A stretch of 64,000 bases of DNA from NCBI GenBank assembly GCA_016748015.1, contig JAAOMT010000076.1:62001-126000 (forward strand). The letters run 5' to 3'. The position numbers and the translations under genes are program-made. The DNA comes from Geosiphon pyriformis uo1. Lineage: Eukaryota; Fungi; Glomeromycota. Shown here one piece after another: positions 1-12,295 of this stretch (position 1 is the stretch's first letter; each line of letters starts with the position of its first letter). The notes under the pieces are model-generated. The model was not told where the DNA came from. It searched no databases and saw only the letters and a program-made list of their open reading frames with translations.

Positions 1-3000
1 CCAATTGTACAAAACTCGTGAACTTAGCCATTGGAGAAACCAGCTCAGCAGCTGAAGAGAAAATTGACCAACTTGCAATGAAAGTCAAAAACTATTTCAC
101 CAACCAACAACAACAGCAACCCCAAAGATATCAACCACCCCAAAGACAAAATCAAAACAACTTCACATCACCCTCTAATAACCAGCTTCAGAGTTGCTAT
201 TACTGTAGAATTTCTGGCCACTGGAAAAAAGATTGCAGAAAGCTACAATGAGACCAACAAAATAGGAGTAATCAATGTTACCCTTTACCACAGCAATCTT
301 ATTATCAACTACTACTACCAGTTTACTATCTATCAAGACCTCAATATTAAAGTAACTATTATCAACTTGCTCCACAGCCAATTCAACAGCAATACCAACA
401 ACCACCCACACAACATTATCAAGTGCCTGCTCGAAGATTAATCCCACAAAATCAATTTACACCACAAAACTGATACCAAGTAAACAACAATAGAATCAAT
501 TCAAACAACCAATTAGTTTCCCAAAATCCAGCTTAGCCAAGACCCACCCATTATCATACTCAACCTAGCTATCTTACAATACCTGAAGAACAGAATTTTT
601 ACCATACTGCACTTTTGGAAGGTAGAGCTGTAGCACAACAACAAAACCCTTCCTATATTCCTACCACAATCTTACCAGCCAGAATTGCTGAAAATGCCAA
701 CCTTTCAGACATATTCCCTTTTGAGTTTGAAGCAAATAAGTTGCCATTCCTGCTTAGCAATGCGGCCGCCAATGAACAAAAAGCAATCACTGCTATGTAC
801 ACTGAAGCAGAAGTCGAAGGAAAGGCAATTCGCTTGATCCTAAACAGTAGATCCGCTGGAAGCATCATCACCTACCAGTTAATGCAACAGTTAAAGAGAA
901 ATGTCGACTGACCAGCTCAAACAGTAATCATTACTGCCAATAGCATGAAAAAGACTCCAGTAGGAGAAATTGACAATTTTCCATTCACTCTTGATGAAAT
1001 CACCATTCCAGTCAAAGTTCTTGTAATGAACACACTCCAGTACCAAGCTCTTGTCAGAAATGATTGGCTTCAAAAAGCCAATACTAATCTGAATTGGGAG
1101 ACATAAGAGTTAACAATCTCCTACCAAGGACAACATACCCAGATACCTGCCACTTGTAGTACATTCAACAAACACTCCGAAAAAGCCCCAGCTTTTGAAT
1201 TCGAACTGGAAGAAGAAAAGCCCATCATTGAAACATTTATGGCACTTGGATCAATCTCCAATTGGGCCGATGAAACTGAACAACAGTATTTTTCAACAAA
1301 TAATTCTCTTGAAACAAAAGAACCAGTAACAACCAGATGGAATGTCTCCTATTCAAAACCAGAACCACGAAAACAATGCCTCTACATTCCACTCAAATGC
1401 AAGGACTGCCATAAGAAACTTTCCTCAATGGGAGCCTGCATTTCACCTGAAGAAGAATATGAAAATCATACTTGTTATTACTGTAAGGCTTGCCATAGAA
1501 AACGATGGGGCCATCTAATAAAAAAAAGTGGAAAATGGGATAACACTTCTTGTTTGACTTGTGGAGATATGCTACCAGAAGAATGCAATTGGATTGATAT
1601 AGCAATAAAAGGAGGAGTCTGTGATCAGACCTGTCAATATGCTTTATCAATTTCAGAAAAAGTAAAAAGAGGAACACCCTTTAATGCGGCATACAACAGT
1701 GCTCTCAACAAACTTTATCACTACCCCCATGATGCTGAGATGATTTTCGATCTAGCAATGGCATTAATTAATGGAGCTACCAAAGAAGATGTCCATCAAA
1801 TGAAAGAAGCAGAATACATTGAATACACCATGGAATTAGCTGGATTCGATTATGAAAATGAAGTAAAAGTCTACCATCAAATTGCAAGTTACACCTACCC
1901 AACCCAAGAAGCTCAAATTTAATGATTAGAGCAAATGAACATTAGGCTATGTGAAGAATGCATTATGCCTTGTGATAAACAGTGATGTCTTGAATGATAT
2001 GCTTTTAGCATTCCTCTGCCCAGTAAAAACGATAAGAATGAAATTGAATTTGGAGAACCTGAAGCAACAGAAAAAATTGAAGCAACACCCATTTATCTCA
2101 TCAAAAACCAGTCTGCCTTACAACTCAAATACTTCAACAACAATAGACAAGGAATAAAACCCAAAAAAGCACATGAAATTAATGCTGGATATGACCTAAG
2201 ATATCCAGACAAGGATATTCTTGTTCTCAAACCCAAATCTTTCACAAAAATCAACCTCAAAATTGCTCTCGAAATTCTGCCAGGAGCAATAGTTCAAATC
2301 GCCTCCCAGTTCTCTCTGGCAAGCAAAGGAATCAATATTAGAGGAGGAATAATCGATGCTGGATATACTGGTGACATAACAGTAATACTTCAAAATAAAA
2401 CTGACAAGCTGTTTAAGATTGAACATGCTGAGAAAATTGCCCAAGCCATTTATTTACTCTTAATCAACATTTCAAGTTTACAATTAGTCAATCAAAGAGA
2501 ATTATTGGGAAAAAGTGAAAAAGGAACCCAAAGTTTTGGTTCAACTGGATGATTCACAGTTCCAGTAAACATAGCCCTCAACAAACAGAAAGAATCTCAC
2601 CAGATTTTATGACTTCCACAACCAATTACCATTTCACTCTTTGGAGAACACCCTGAAATTTATACTTGTGAAAAGCCAACAATCACACAACAAATTTTTG
2701 AGTCCAATGAACAAATCTGCTTGGAATATAATATCTTGATCCCAAACATTTATATTCCAGAAGGAACAAAGAAAATCCGAGTTACTTTTTACAATTCCAA
2801 CAATTTCCTCATAGTTTTATTAAATAACTTAGAAATTGGAGTTATTCACAATAATATCTTTCAACAAGAATTACTCTAAACAATCCCCAATTTCTTTGAA
2901 ATTATTGGACATTTACTACCAAAAATCAACCCAAACACCAGCTCTGAAAACTACCATGTTGTTATAGAAAAACTATCTTGAATCAACATAGGACAACTTG

Positions 3001-4390
3001 AACCACAACAACAAAACCAGCTTAAAGAGCTAATTGCAGAATTTGCCAATATCTTTGTCGAAAACAACAATGACTTAGGAAGAACCGATTTGGTTCAACA
3101 CCAAATTCATACAGGAAATGCCAAATCAAGGTGACAACAAGCCTACCAAGTTGCTCCAGAAAGTCACCAATTTATCTGAAAAGAAGTACAATGGATGCTT
3201 AACAATGGGCTTATTCAACCATCAATGAATCTATGGGCCTTGCCTGTAGTCCTAGTTAAGAAAAAAATGGAAAGATACAATTTTGTGTTGATTATCGACA
3301 ACTCAACAGCATCACCATGGGAGATGCCTACCCTTTTCCCCGAATTGATGACATGTTAAATGTCCTTGAAAAATCCAAATACTTTTCAACACTAGATCTA
3401 AAAAGCGAATACTGGCAAGTTGCCATGGATCCCAAAGATTGTCCCAAAACAGCCTTTATAACCCAAGAAGGAAACAACAAATTCAATATAATGCCTTTTG
3501 GATTATGCAATGCACCAGTAACATTTCAGAGATTAATAGATATTATGTACAAAGGACTCTTTTAGAAGTCAATAGTTGTTTATATTGACAATACTGATGT
3601 TTATTCTCCATCATTCGAATTACACTTAAAATACCTGTGAGAAGTATTTCAATGATTATGAAAAGCAGGACTGAAACTCAACATCAAAAAATGCTACTTT
3701 GGAAAAACAAGCTTGGCCTTTCTTGATCACGTTGTTAGTAAAGATAGAATCAAACCAGACTCTGGAAAAATCAGTGTTGTCAAAAACTTCAAAACTCCTC
3801 AAAATACTACAGAATTAAGAGGATTTATAGGGATAGCCTCCTACTATTGGAAGTTTATCAAAAGATTCTCAGAAATTGCAAAACCTCTTAACCAGCTTAC
3901 CACCAAAAACATCAAATACAAATGGACTGCTGAACACCAAAATGCATTTGAAATCCTCAAAAAAAAACTAACCACAGCTCCAATTCTCGCCTACCCAGAT
4001 TTCAGCAACTGATTCCAGTTAGCAACAGATGTTTCTTATACTGCCTTTGGTGCCATCCTATCACAGTTAGATAACAATGGAAATAAGCGAGTAATTGCTT
4101 ATGTTAGTAGAACATTGAAGCCAGCTGAAAAGAACTATCCTACAACAGAATTAGAAACTGCAGCAGTAATTTGGGCCCTACATTACTTCAACTTTTACCT
4201 CAGATCCAAAGAATTCGATATTATCACTGATAATATTGAACTCAAATGGCTTCAAAACAAAAACACTTAGCTGAATGCCAAACAAACTCGATGAACAGGA
4301 TTTTTAGCCAACTACTAATACATTGTACATCACAAACCAGGAAAACTCCACACCAATATTGATTGTCTCTCAAGAATGAGACAAGATTAG
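1..4390 (+). pseudogene. pol: gag-pol remnant of copy A (Gag C-terminus, PR, Cys-rich domain, dUTPase, RT, RNaseH)
   Basis: CYYCRISGHWKKDC (195-236); LILNSRSAGS (degenerate DSGS); YPFPRIDDML, LDLKSEYWQV, MPFGLCNAP, YIDN (3581); RNaseH ATDVS...ELE...ITD...DCLSR; stop TAG at 4388-4390; many premature stops. Confidence 0.9.
2150..2550 (+). pseudogene. dut: dUTPase domain within pol of copy A
   Basis: Translates to AGYDL...IASQFSLA...GIIDAGYTGDI...EKIAQ...KGTQSFGSTG, matching the five trimeric dUTPase motifs. Confidence 0.9.
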
Positions 4391-4436
4391 AACATAAAAA
4401 CAACACACATTTAAATTAACAACAAAACAACAAACA

Positions 4437-5822
4437 ATGAACCCCGAAAACTACAACAATCTTAAACAATATCTGAAGACATTAACAATCCTAACAGATT
4501 GGTTCTCAGATGAAAAACATCAGTTACAACAACAAGCCAAACAATACTTCTTATACAACAACATTATTTATTATCGAAACTTCAGAAACCCAGACAATCT
4601 GCTCAGATTAATACAAGAACATAAAAAAGAAACCATTTTATATAACATGTACTCAAACTCTTTATCAGCACACCTAGAAAAAGACAGCATCACCCAAAGA
4701 ACACTAGCATATTATTTTTGGTCTCAAATGAGAAAAGACATTCATAAATATGTTAAGTCTTGTGATAGTTGTCAAAAAAAAGGAGGAACTCATTCTACAG
4801 AACCTTTAAACCCAATCAAAATTGGACAGCCATTTGACCGAGTTGGTATCAATTTAGTTGGACCACTCCCTATTACAAACCAAGAAAACCATTATATTGC
4901 AATAGCTGTAGACTATCTTATCAAATGGCCTGAAGCCAGAGCCATTCAATGAGCAGATGCAAAATCAGTAGCAAACTTCATCTACAAAGACATCATTTGT
5001 AAACATAGATGCCCAATAGAACTTTTATCTGATCAAGGAACACATTTCGTGAACAATTTAATCCAGAAAATTTGTGGATGATTTAATGTCAAGAGACCAT
5101 TATCTTTGCCCTACCATCCACAAACAAATAAACTTGTAGAATATTTCAACAGGACATTGTGTGAATCATTAGCCAAAGTTTCAACCAATTTTAAGCAAGA
5201 ATGGGATCTCTTTATTCCATCAGTGTTACTGGTATATAAAACACTAAAACAAGATACCACAAAACACACACTATTTGATTTAAATTACAGAAAGACAGCA
5301 ATATTACCAATTAGTTTCACCATGAAAACATACCCAACACAACCAATTGATAAAAACAATTTCCAGGAAACACTACAATGAAGAGCCTACACTCTGCTTA
5401 GCATGTTGGAAGGAAAACAATGAATAGCAGCCACCCATATTAAACACTCCCAAGCTCAACAAAAAGAACGGCATGATGACAAATTGCCTCCAGTTATCAA
5501 TGAATTTAAAATCGGAAACAAAGTTCTCTTACACAGAACTCAAGCTGAAAAACAATGGAGTGGAAAATTTGAAAATAAATGGAATAGACCATTCTTTATC
5601 CATAAAGTCCTAGGCAATGGATTATACAAGCTAAGACTTAATGACAAAATTCTAGCAAAAGTTGCACATGGAGATTGTTTGAAACACTATAATTCCAGAA
5701 ACAATTCTGAACCATTAATTCCACAAATTGGTACACATTCCTCTTTAATCAATCCCGAAGATATTTCCTGAAAATTAGAACCAATAGTTGTCGTTGAACA
5801 ACCTCCCAACTTGAACACTTAA
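4437..5822 (+). pseudogene. Stand-alone integrase ORF of copy A
   Basis: Own ATG at 4437 after the RNaseH stop; AH...CDSC zinc motif; GINLVGPL, SDQGTHF, PYHPQTN; GPY/F-like KWNRPF; no chromodomain seen. Confidence 0.9.
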
Positions 5823-5945
5823 TTTAAATTTATCATTATAGTTATATCATTATAATTTAGAAACAATCTCACAAAAAACAAAACAAAAATAACATAAAAA
5901 CCCATACACCAAAAATAATTTTCTTTTATTTTCAAATCTCTTATA

Positions 5946-6542
5946 ATGTCTATTTCTTAAAACATTCAACAATTATCCCAAAAACTAATGTTAGCTTTAA
6001 AAACCATACCCGAATTATCCATTACTGTTACTGGAAACCACATTAATTATACCTAAACAGAAGTAGTTACAAATTTAGCCCCAAATGCACAAAAATATCA
6101 CCCGTATAAGAAGAACACAAGAAGTTATTCTGGAATTCACCTGCCAGATCTTCTAAAGCTTGCTTTAAGAGAAAACTTAATGCTCACTCTTATTAGTATT
6201 CTACCAAATGCTACTATTCAACAAAAACTTCAACTGTGTCTTAATAAAGAAAACTATGACTATACTCCAATATATAGATATTTCTACATTGGAAAAACAC
6301 TTCATGAACAAAAATGGAAGCTTACAGCAGCAAATTTCACAAAAGAAGCTATTCGGAAACAACTCCACAATGAATTCAAGACAACAGCTGGACTTACAAA
6401 CAGTCATTATAAACTAAGAGCTGCTCTTAGATTTTATGACCTATTCCACACCTGTGAAAACGTTCTACAAAACCCAATTTTACAGCCTTTGAAGATTCAA
6501 TACATTGGAAAGCTCACAGAACTGAAATTTTAACAATTTTCA
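5946..6542 (+). pseudogene. ORF3 (3' accessory ORF, unknown function) of copy A
   Basis: ATG at 5946 is in frame with ORF 6180-6533; homologous to 32631-33332 in copy C. Confidence 0.75.
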
Positions 6543-6561
6543 AGATGTGTATAAGAGACAG
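6543..6561 (+). other. Tn5/Nextera mosaic-end adapter sequence (likely assembly artefact)
   Basis: Exact 19-mer AGATGTGTATAAGAGACAG at an abrupt Gypsy/LINE junction. Confidence 0.95.
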
Positions 6562-9339
6562 GATTTTAGTGGTCTATAATAGATTTAATGTTTTTTATGA
6601 TAACAATTTTTCTGTATTAAAAAGTATTACTATTCAGTTTTCTATCTTTACAGTAGACTTAATAGTTAAAGATATATTTGAAAAAGATCATAAATTCTAA
6701 TTGGTTTTATAGAACATATAAAAGACTTATAACTCTGTTAAATAGCACTATCTAAAAAGTAGTTTAATTTGTATTAAGATATATGAATAATTTATCAAGT
6801 TCTTTAAAAGTATTCACAATAATAGGATCAATTAGGTTATAATAGATTATGAGCTTACTAATAGATAATGTATATATGATAAACTGAACCAAAGTAAGAT
6901 TTTTTTTTTTTGCTCTGGAGAATTTTCTATAATCCTCTCTTATATGAAGTCAAAAGACAGAAAAGTTTGTGTGATTACTGTATTAACATTAAGTTTATTG
7001 CCAAAACTGGTAACCTAGAAAACCAAAGTTATTTGTTTTTATACTTAGCAACTGGTGTTTTTGTTGATAATATGATTTAAATAAAAAATAGTTAAGCCAC
7101 TACTTAGTACATTTTGGACTTAATAAGTGAATTTTTTGAATTAAATAATATTTCAATAAACAATAAAAAAATAGTGGCCATTTTTATTAACCAAAGAGTT
7201 AAGAATATCTTATTATTAATAAGTGGCCTGTTGATATCTATTGCAAAGAAAAGAAAGTCCCATAGATATTTTGGCATTTTTTTGTTTTCTGAAAGTTTGT
7301 CTAAACCCAGTTTGGTAAAGACTTATTTAAATGTTAAGTTCTTTGTTAATTTGGTTTTAAGAAAAATTATTTTGAACAATTTAGTCTTGGTTGTACTGTA
7401 GCCCATAATTAATTACAGGACTCAATTTAGTTTTATTTCTAAAAGTGTATACAATAAATAGAATATGCTAATTAGAAAAAATTTAAGAATAAAAGCTGAT
7501 CTACCAAAAGATTTTCCTAACAAAAACCTTTATTATCTATTATTGTATGGCTTAAAGTCCTTTAAACAAGTACAGACTGAGAATAAGATGGCTTTTGTAT
7601 TGAATTTTTTGAATATTAGTAGAATTTTTAGTTACCTGTTTGATCATAGATGTTTAAATTTACAGATTCTGAGTTGGTTTTTTATTTACCTTTTACACTG
7701 TTCTATAAAGCTAAAAATCAGTTCAGTTAATAATTTTCTGGTTGGTGTAGTTGAAATTTTTTTGAATTGTGATATTTTCCTTGACAATAATCTTCTATCT
7801 GTATTTTGTCTGTCTGATAACACTCCAATGTTTTTTGTTTTAAGAGATTCAATGTTTTTTGAAGTTTTTTGCTTACTTAAAAATTTTAATATTATTTTTG
7901 TTAACCAAGTATATAATAAAAAAGAGTTAGTCTTTGATTAGAAAAGCTTTTGCCATTAGAAAAAACTTGATTTTAAAAGCTTTGTCTCTATTTGGTTCAA
8001 ATTGATATGTAATTTTTTGGTTGAATTTGTGTTTTTTTTTCTTGCTAAGTTATCCAATACTAGCTCTTAACCTTTAAACATTTGTAATATTAATGATGTT
8101 TTTAGAATAATGCCATGTCTCTTTAATGCTGATTTAAGTATTATCAGTATTTATATAGATGGATCATTAAAAAAGTTGAATACATGCAAAATAGGATGTA
8201 ATATGGCTGCAATTTTTTTTGATTTGAATGTAAGTATTGGTGTTAAAATTAATAATTTGATGTTTTTTATAATAGTGGAATTGCAAATGATTGTTCTGGC
8301 TTTGGAGTGTGTTTCTGCTTGTAGTTCTGTTGTAGTATATTTAGACAGTTAAGCTGTTTTGAATGCTTGTAATGCAGAATTAAAAATGACTTTACCAGAT
8401 TTTTACAACAGTTACTAAATAGAAAGACATAGTATTGTAAACTCTATTAAAAACAAAAAACTTGATGTCTTTTGGTCTAAAATTAAAAAACATTTGGGTG
8501 TTTTAGACAATAAATATGCTGATAAGCTGGCTGATTTAGCTTTGTATTTAAATTTAATGCTCTCTGTTTGTGTTAAAAAGAGATTTATTAGAGCTGATAA
8601 GGTGGTAGTATTTGAGAATATTTGTTGTTTTACTCATAAAGTTTTTAGAGCTGTATATTGTACTTATTAGAAAGTTGGGACTGAATTTGACATTATTGAT
8701 GAAAACATGATTAAAGATGTAAATTGGGTTCGAACTTCCTCTGTTTGACACCCTAATTTACTTATAACAGCTGGTTTTATAAGTAAATCTATTACTAATT
8801 TATAATCATATTTTATAAAAACTTTACACTATTATTTGTTAGTTGCTGTTTAAAAACATTTGTTTAATAGAAAGTATCCTAGTATGTTGTGCTTTCATTG
8901 TAAAAAAGTAGAGAGTTCTGACCATTTCTTTACATGTTCAATTGACTTTGCCACTTTTAAAGATCTGCTTGAGTTATATTTGGTTTAATAGGGTATTATA
9001 TTGAATTTGGGCTTGCTATTATCTCAAGTTTTATAGATGTTTTTTTTGTGTGCTTTTAATATTACTGTGTAAACTGCTTTTTGTAAAAGTTTTGTATTCA
9101 AGAAATAGTACTCAGAGACAGTATTTATTTTTGATGATGTCAAGATTGCTGATGCTAAAGTTATTAATTTTGTATATAACTTAGGGTTGGCTTATTAGAC
9201 TAAAGTTTGGATAATAAAAGCTAAGTACAAAGTGATTATAGAGAAACAAGATTTGATGGTTTGGTATTTTTCAAAGTCTATAATCTGTTGTTTCTGCTTT
9301 CTAATAGTGTTGTTAAGTTGTTTGAAATTTTTAAGACAT
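6562..9339 (+). mobile_element. LINE copy H, ORF2 remnant (RT, RNaseH, C-terminal Cys/His region), 5' segment
   Basis: LLWRIFYNPLL; FVDN (degenerate FVDD, ~7059); RNaseH IYIDGSL, ELQMI, YLDS; CFHCKKVESSDHFFTC; parallels 57840-60600. Confidence 0.9.
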
Positions 9340-10206
9340 TGTTATAGATGTTTATTTGGGGTTTCAAATCAAATAACAAATCTGTAACTTGGTGTTTGAT
9401 AGCTTTTATGATGAGTATTATCTGAAGGTATTAATATCTAAAGGTTTTGGATTGATTTTTTTATATAATAGACAAAAATTCAAGTGTTGTTTGTCTGTAA
9501 CTTCCTAAAATTGCAATTCTGTCAAATTTTTTTTTTCAGCATGATAACCAGTTTATTTTGGCAATTGTGTCTTTCTGGTAAGCTATCTATTAATTATATA
9601 TTATATTTTACCCTTATTTTTGAGTTTTTTACCAGGCTATCTGTGACATTAATTATTCAGCACTTATTTCCTTAATCAATTAGTACATAACAACAAAAGA
9701 AAATAAAATAAAAAAAAATAAAAAAGAAATTTAAGCCAAAACAATTTATGTTAGTATCTTGTCAATAGCCATAATCAAGAGTTTTTGTTTTAGTGTGATT
9801 AAGTATTAGATACTATTAACATATAGTGTTGATAGTAAAGAAAGTGATTTAAATAGTAAATAATTATTTATTAATATTGATAATTCTAACTAAGATGTTT
9901 TAAATAGAGAGATCTTGGTATTAATTCTAACTTTTTTACTTCTAATGTTTTTGCTATATATACATAATTTGGATTTTATGAGATTACTTACATTCTTAAA
10001 TAATGTGTTATAATTTTTTAAACAATGCTTACATTGCTAAGCAATATATTATAATTTTTTAACATTGCTTCATATTGTTAAGCAATGTGCTATAATTCTC
10101 AACAATGCTCCATATTGCTAAGCAATGTGCTCACGTGTTTAACTACTATTTTTCTATTGGTCTATCAATTATTACTATTTTTTTGTATGTTTTTCTATGA
10201 GTAACA
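9340..10206 (-). repeat. 3' LTR of copy B
   Basis: TGTTA...TAACA ends; matches 21307-22173; adjacent PPT (AGGAGAAGATAA on the minus strand). Confidence 0.95.
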
Positions 10207-10860
10207 TTATCTTCTCCTTTTAATATTAAGCTCTATTAAAATCTTTATTTTGAATTAAGTCCATAACTTTTCTTTCTAATATTGTTTGTTCAATTCTGTT
10301 TATTATATCTTTAATTTGTGAGTTGTTTATTCTTTTCTACTGGTTAATAGTTATTGTTTCCATATTAGTGTGTAGCAATATTTCTGGATAGTTTTGAAAT
10401 ATTGTGTATAGTTAATAGATTGTTCTAATGTGTAGTGTCAGATTTGTTTTCTTTTCAATAATGTCTTTAATATTCTATATTATCTTTGGATTGAATATTT
10501 TTTTAGATTTATTGAGATATAATTTCTGAATATTCAATTTTTGTTTCAATTGATAATAACAATATGGTATTAGAAGTTGTTTCATCTACTGTTTTCAATT
10601 TTTTTTGTGAGTTTTTTGGTTTGAACTATAATGGGTATTTTTCTAAAAGTGTTTTTTACTTTTTCTATTATTTTATTTGTCCAGTTTTTTGTTTGGTTCT
10701 GTGGTTACTAATATGATGTATTCTTTGGTTTTCTTTCTTGTTTGGTGTTTTGATAGTAGATTTTTTGGTAGTTAACAACAATTTTCATGTTCAATTGTTG
10801 TTAGTTTAAGACCTAGAATAATTGTTGGGCTAAGGTGTAGATATGGTCTGGTATTTTCAT
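10207..10860 (-). pseudogene. ORF3 remnant of copy B
   Basis: ATG at 10860 (MKIPDHIYTLAQQLF); C-terminal RTIY*LYTIFQNYPEILLHTNMETITINQ aligns loosely with ORF3 of A, C and D. Confidence 0.6.
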
Positions 10861-10916
10861 TTTTTTTATTGCTTTTGTTATGTATATCATGTTCTTATAT
10901 ACTTTTGGTTGATTAA

Positions 10917-12295
10917 TTTAATATGTTTGAGTCAATAATTATAATTGGTTCTAGATTTTATGGAATTTTATCTGGTTGGACTAGTATTCATTATACTTCT
11001 AGTTGTGAAATATTACTGGTAGATACTAATATTATATTGTAATATGGTTTTAGTTAATCACTATGTGCTGCTTTGACTAAGATTTTGTTATTCTATCTTA
11101 ATTTATAAGCTCCATTTTCTAGAATTTTTTCTATGTGAAATGGTCTGTCTTATTTGGGGTCAAATTTTTCATTCTATTGTTTTTCCACTTTGGTATGATG
11201 TAAGAATACTTTGTTTTTAATTTTAAATTCTACTGGTTTATCTGGTAACTGGTTATCATGTCATTTTTTTTGTTTTTCTTGTGACTTTTGAATATTATCA
11301 GCTGCTTTTTGTCTTTTGTTTTTCAATGTTTCCATTAATTTGTACATTTTTTTTAGTAATGTTTTTTGGAAATTGGCTTCTGTTATTGGTTTTATTGGAT
11401 ATGTGTTAATGTCTATCTCAACTGGTAATGTTGCTATTCTATTATAAACAAGTTTAAATGGTGTTGCTTGTGTGGTATTTTGCTTTATTGTTCAATAAGC
11501 AAATAATACTAATAGTATAAACAAATCTTATTTGTCCTGGTTTTTTTGACTGATTTTGGCAATTGCTTTACACAATATTCTATTGAATCTTTCCACTAAT
11601 TCATTTATTTGTGAATGATATGGTAATGATAACAGTCTCTTAATTCCAAATTTTTGGCTTAATTTTGTTAATGTTCTGTTTACAAAATGCATTTTTTGAT
11701 CTAATAACAATTTTTTTGAACATCTGTGTCAACAAATCAGATCTTGGTAAATAAATTTAGCTACAGATTTTGCATCTACTCTTTGAATTGCTTTCGTCTC
11801 TGGCCATTTTGTAAGATAATCTATGACTACTACTATATAATGGTTTCCTCTGTTGGTTATTATTAATAGTCCAACTAAGTTAATTTCAATTCTGTTAAAT
11901 GGTTGTTTTATTTTAATTGGTCTTAGTGGTTTACTGGGTCTTGTTTCTCCTCTTTTTTAACAAGCATCACAATTTTGAATATATTAGATGATATCTGAAT
12001 ATATTGATAGCCAATAATATCTTTTTCTGGTTTTTTCCATAGTTGCTTTTTTATAAAAGTATCCTGCTGTCAGATTTGAATATATGTTGTATAGTATTGT
12101 TTTTTTCTTTAATTCTGTGATTACTCTAAACAGTTGATCTGAATCTTTTCTGTTTTTCTGATATAATATATTTTGGTGGATGATAAAATATTTGGATTGT
12201 TGTTTTATGTTGTTCCATTTTTTTGAAGATAATTTCTCCTTAAACTACTGTGTATTAATATAATATTAGAATTGTTAATATTTTTGTGTATTTAT
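10917..12295 (-). pseudogene. Integrase ORF remnant of copy B
   Basis: LLDQKMHF...PYHSQINELVERFNR (11528-11710); separated from the RNaseH stop (~12330) by an A/C-rich spacer. Confidence 0.85.

Larger units (their letters stand above)
1..6542 (+). mobile_element. Ty3/Gypsy LTR retrotransposon copy A, internal region only (starts before the window; cut at 6543 by adapter sequence)
   Basis: Order is gag CCHC knuckle, protease, Cys-rich domain, dUTPase, RT, RNaseH, separate integrase ORF, ORF3. Colinear and highly similar to copy C (26660-33220). Confidence 0.95.

Noticed and set aside
6562-6600. Natural 5'-truncated LINE insertion into copy A
   Set aside because: The junction is an exact adapter sequence, there is no TSD, and the LINE's 3' flank belongs to a different element (E).
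9975-10135. Spaced palindromic repeats resembling a CRISPR array
   Set aside because: The spacers are similar to each other, the array is inside LTR U3 and recurs in each LTR of this type, there are no cas genes, and the context is eukaryotic.
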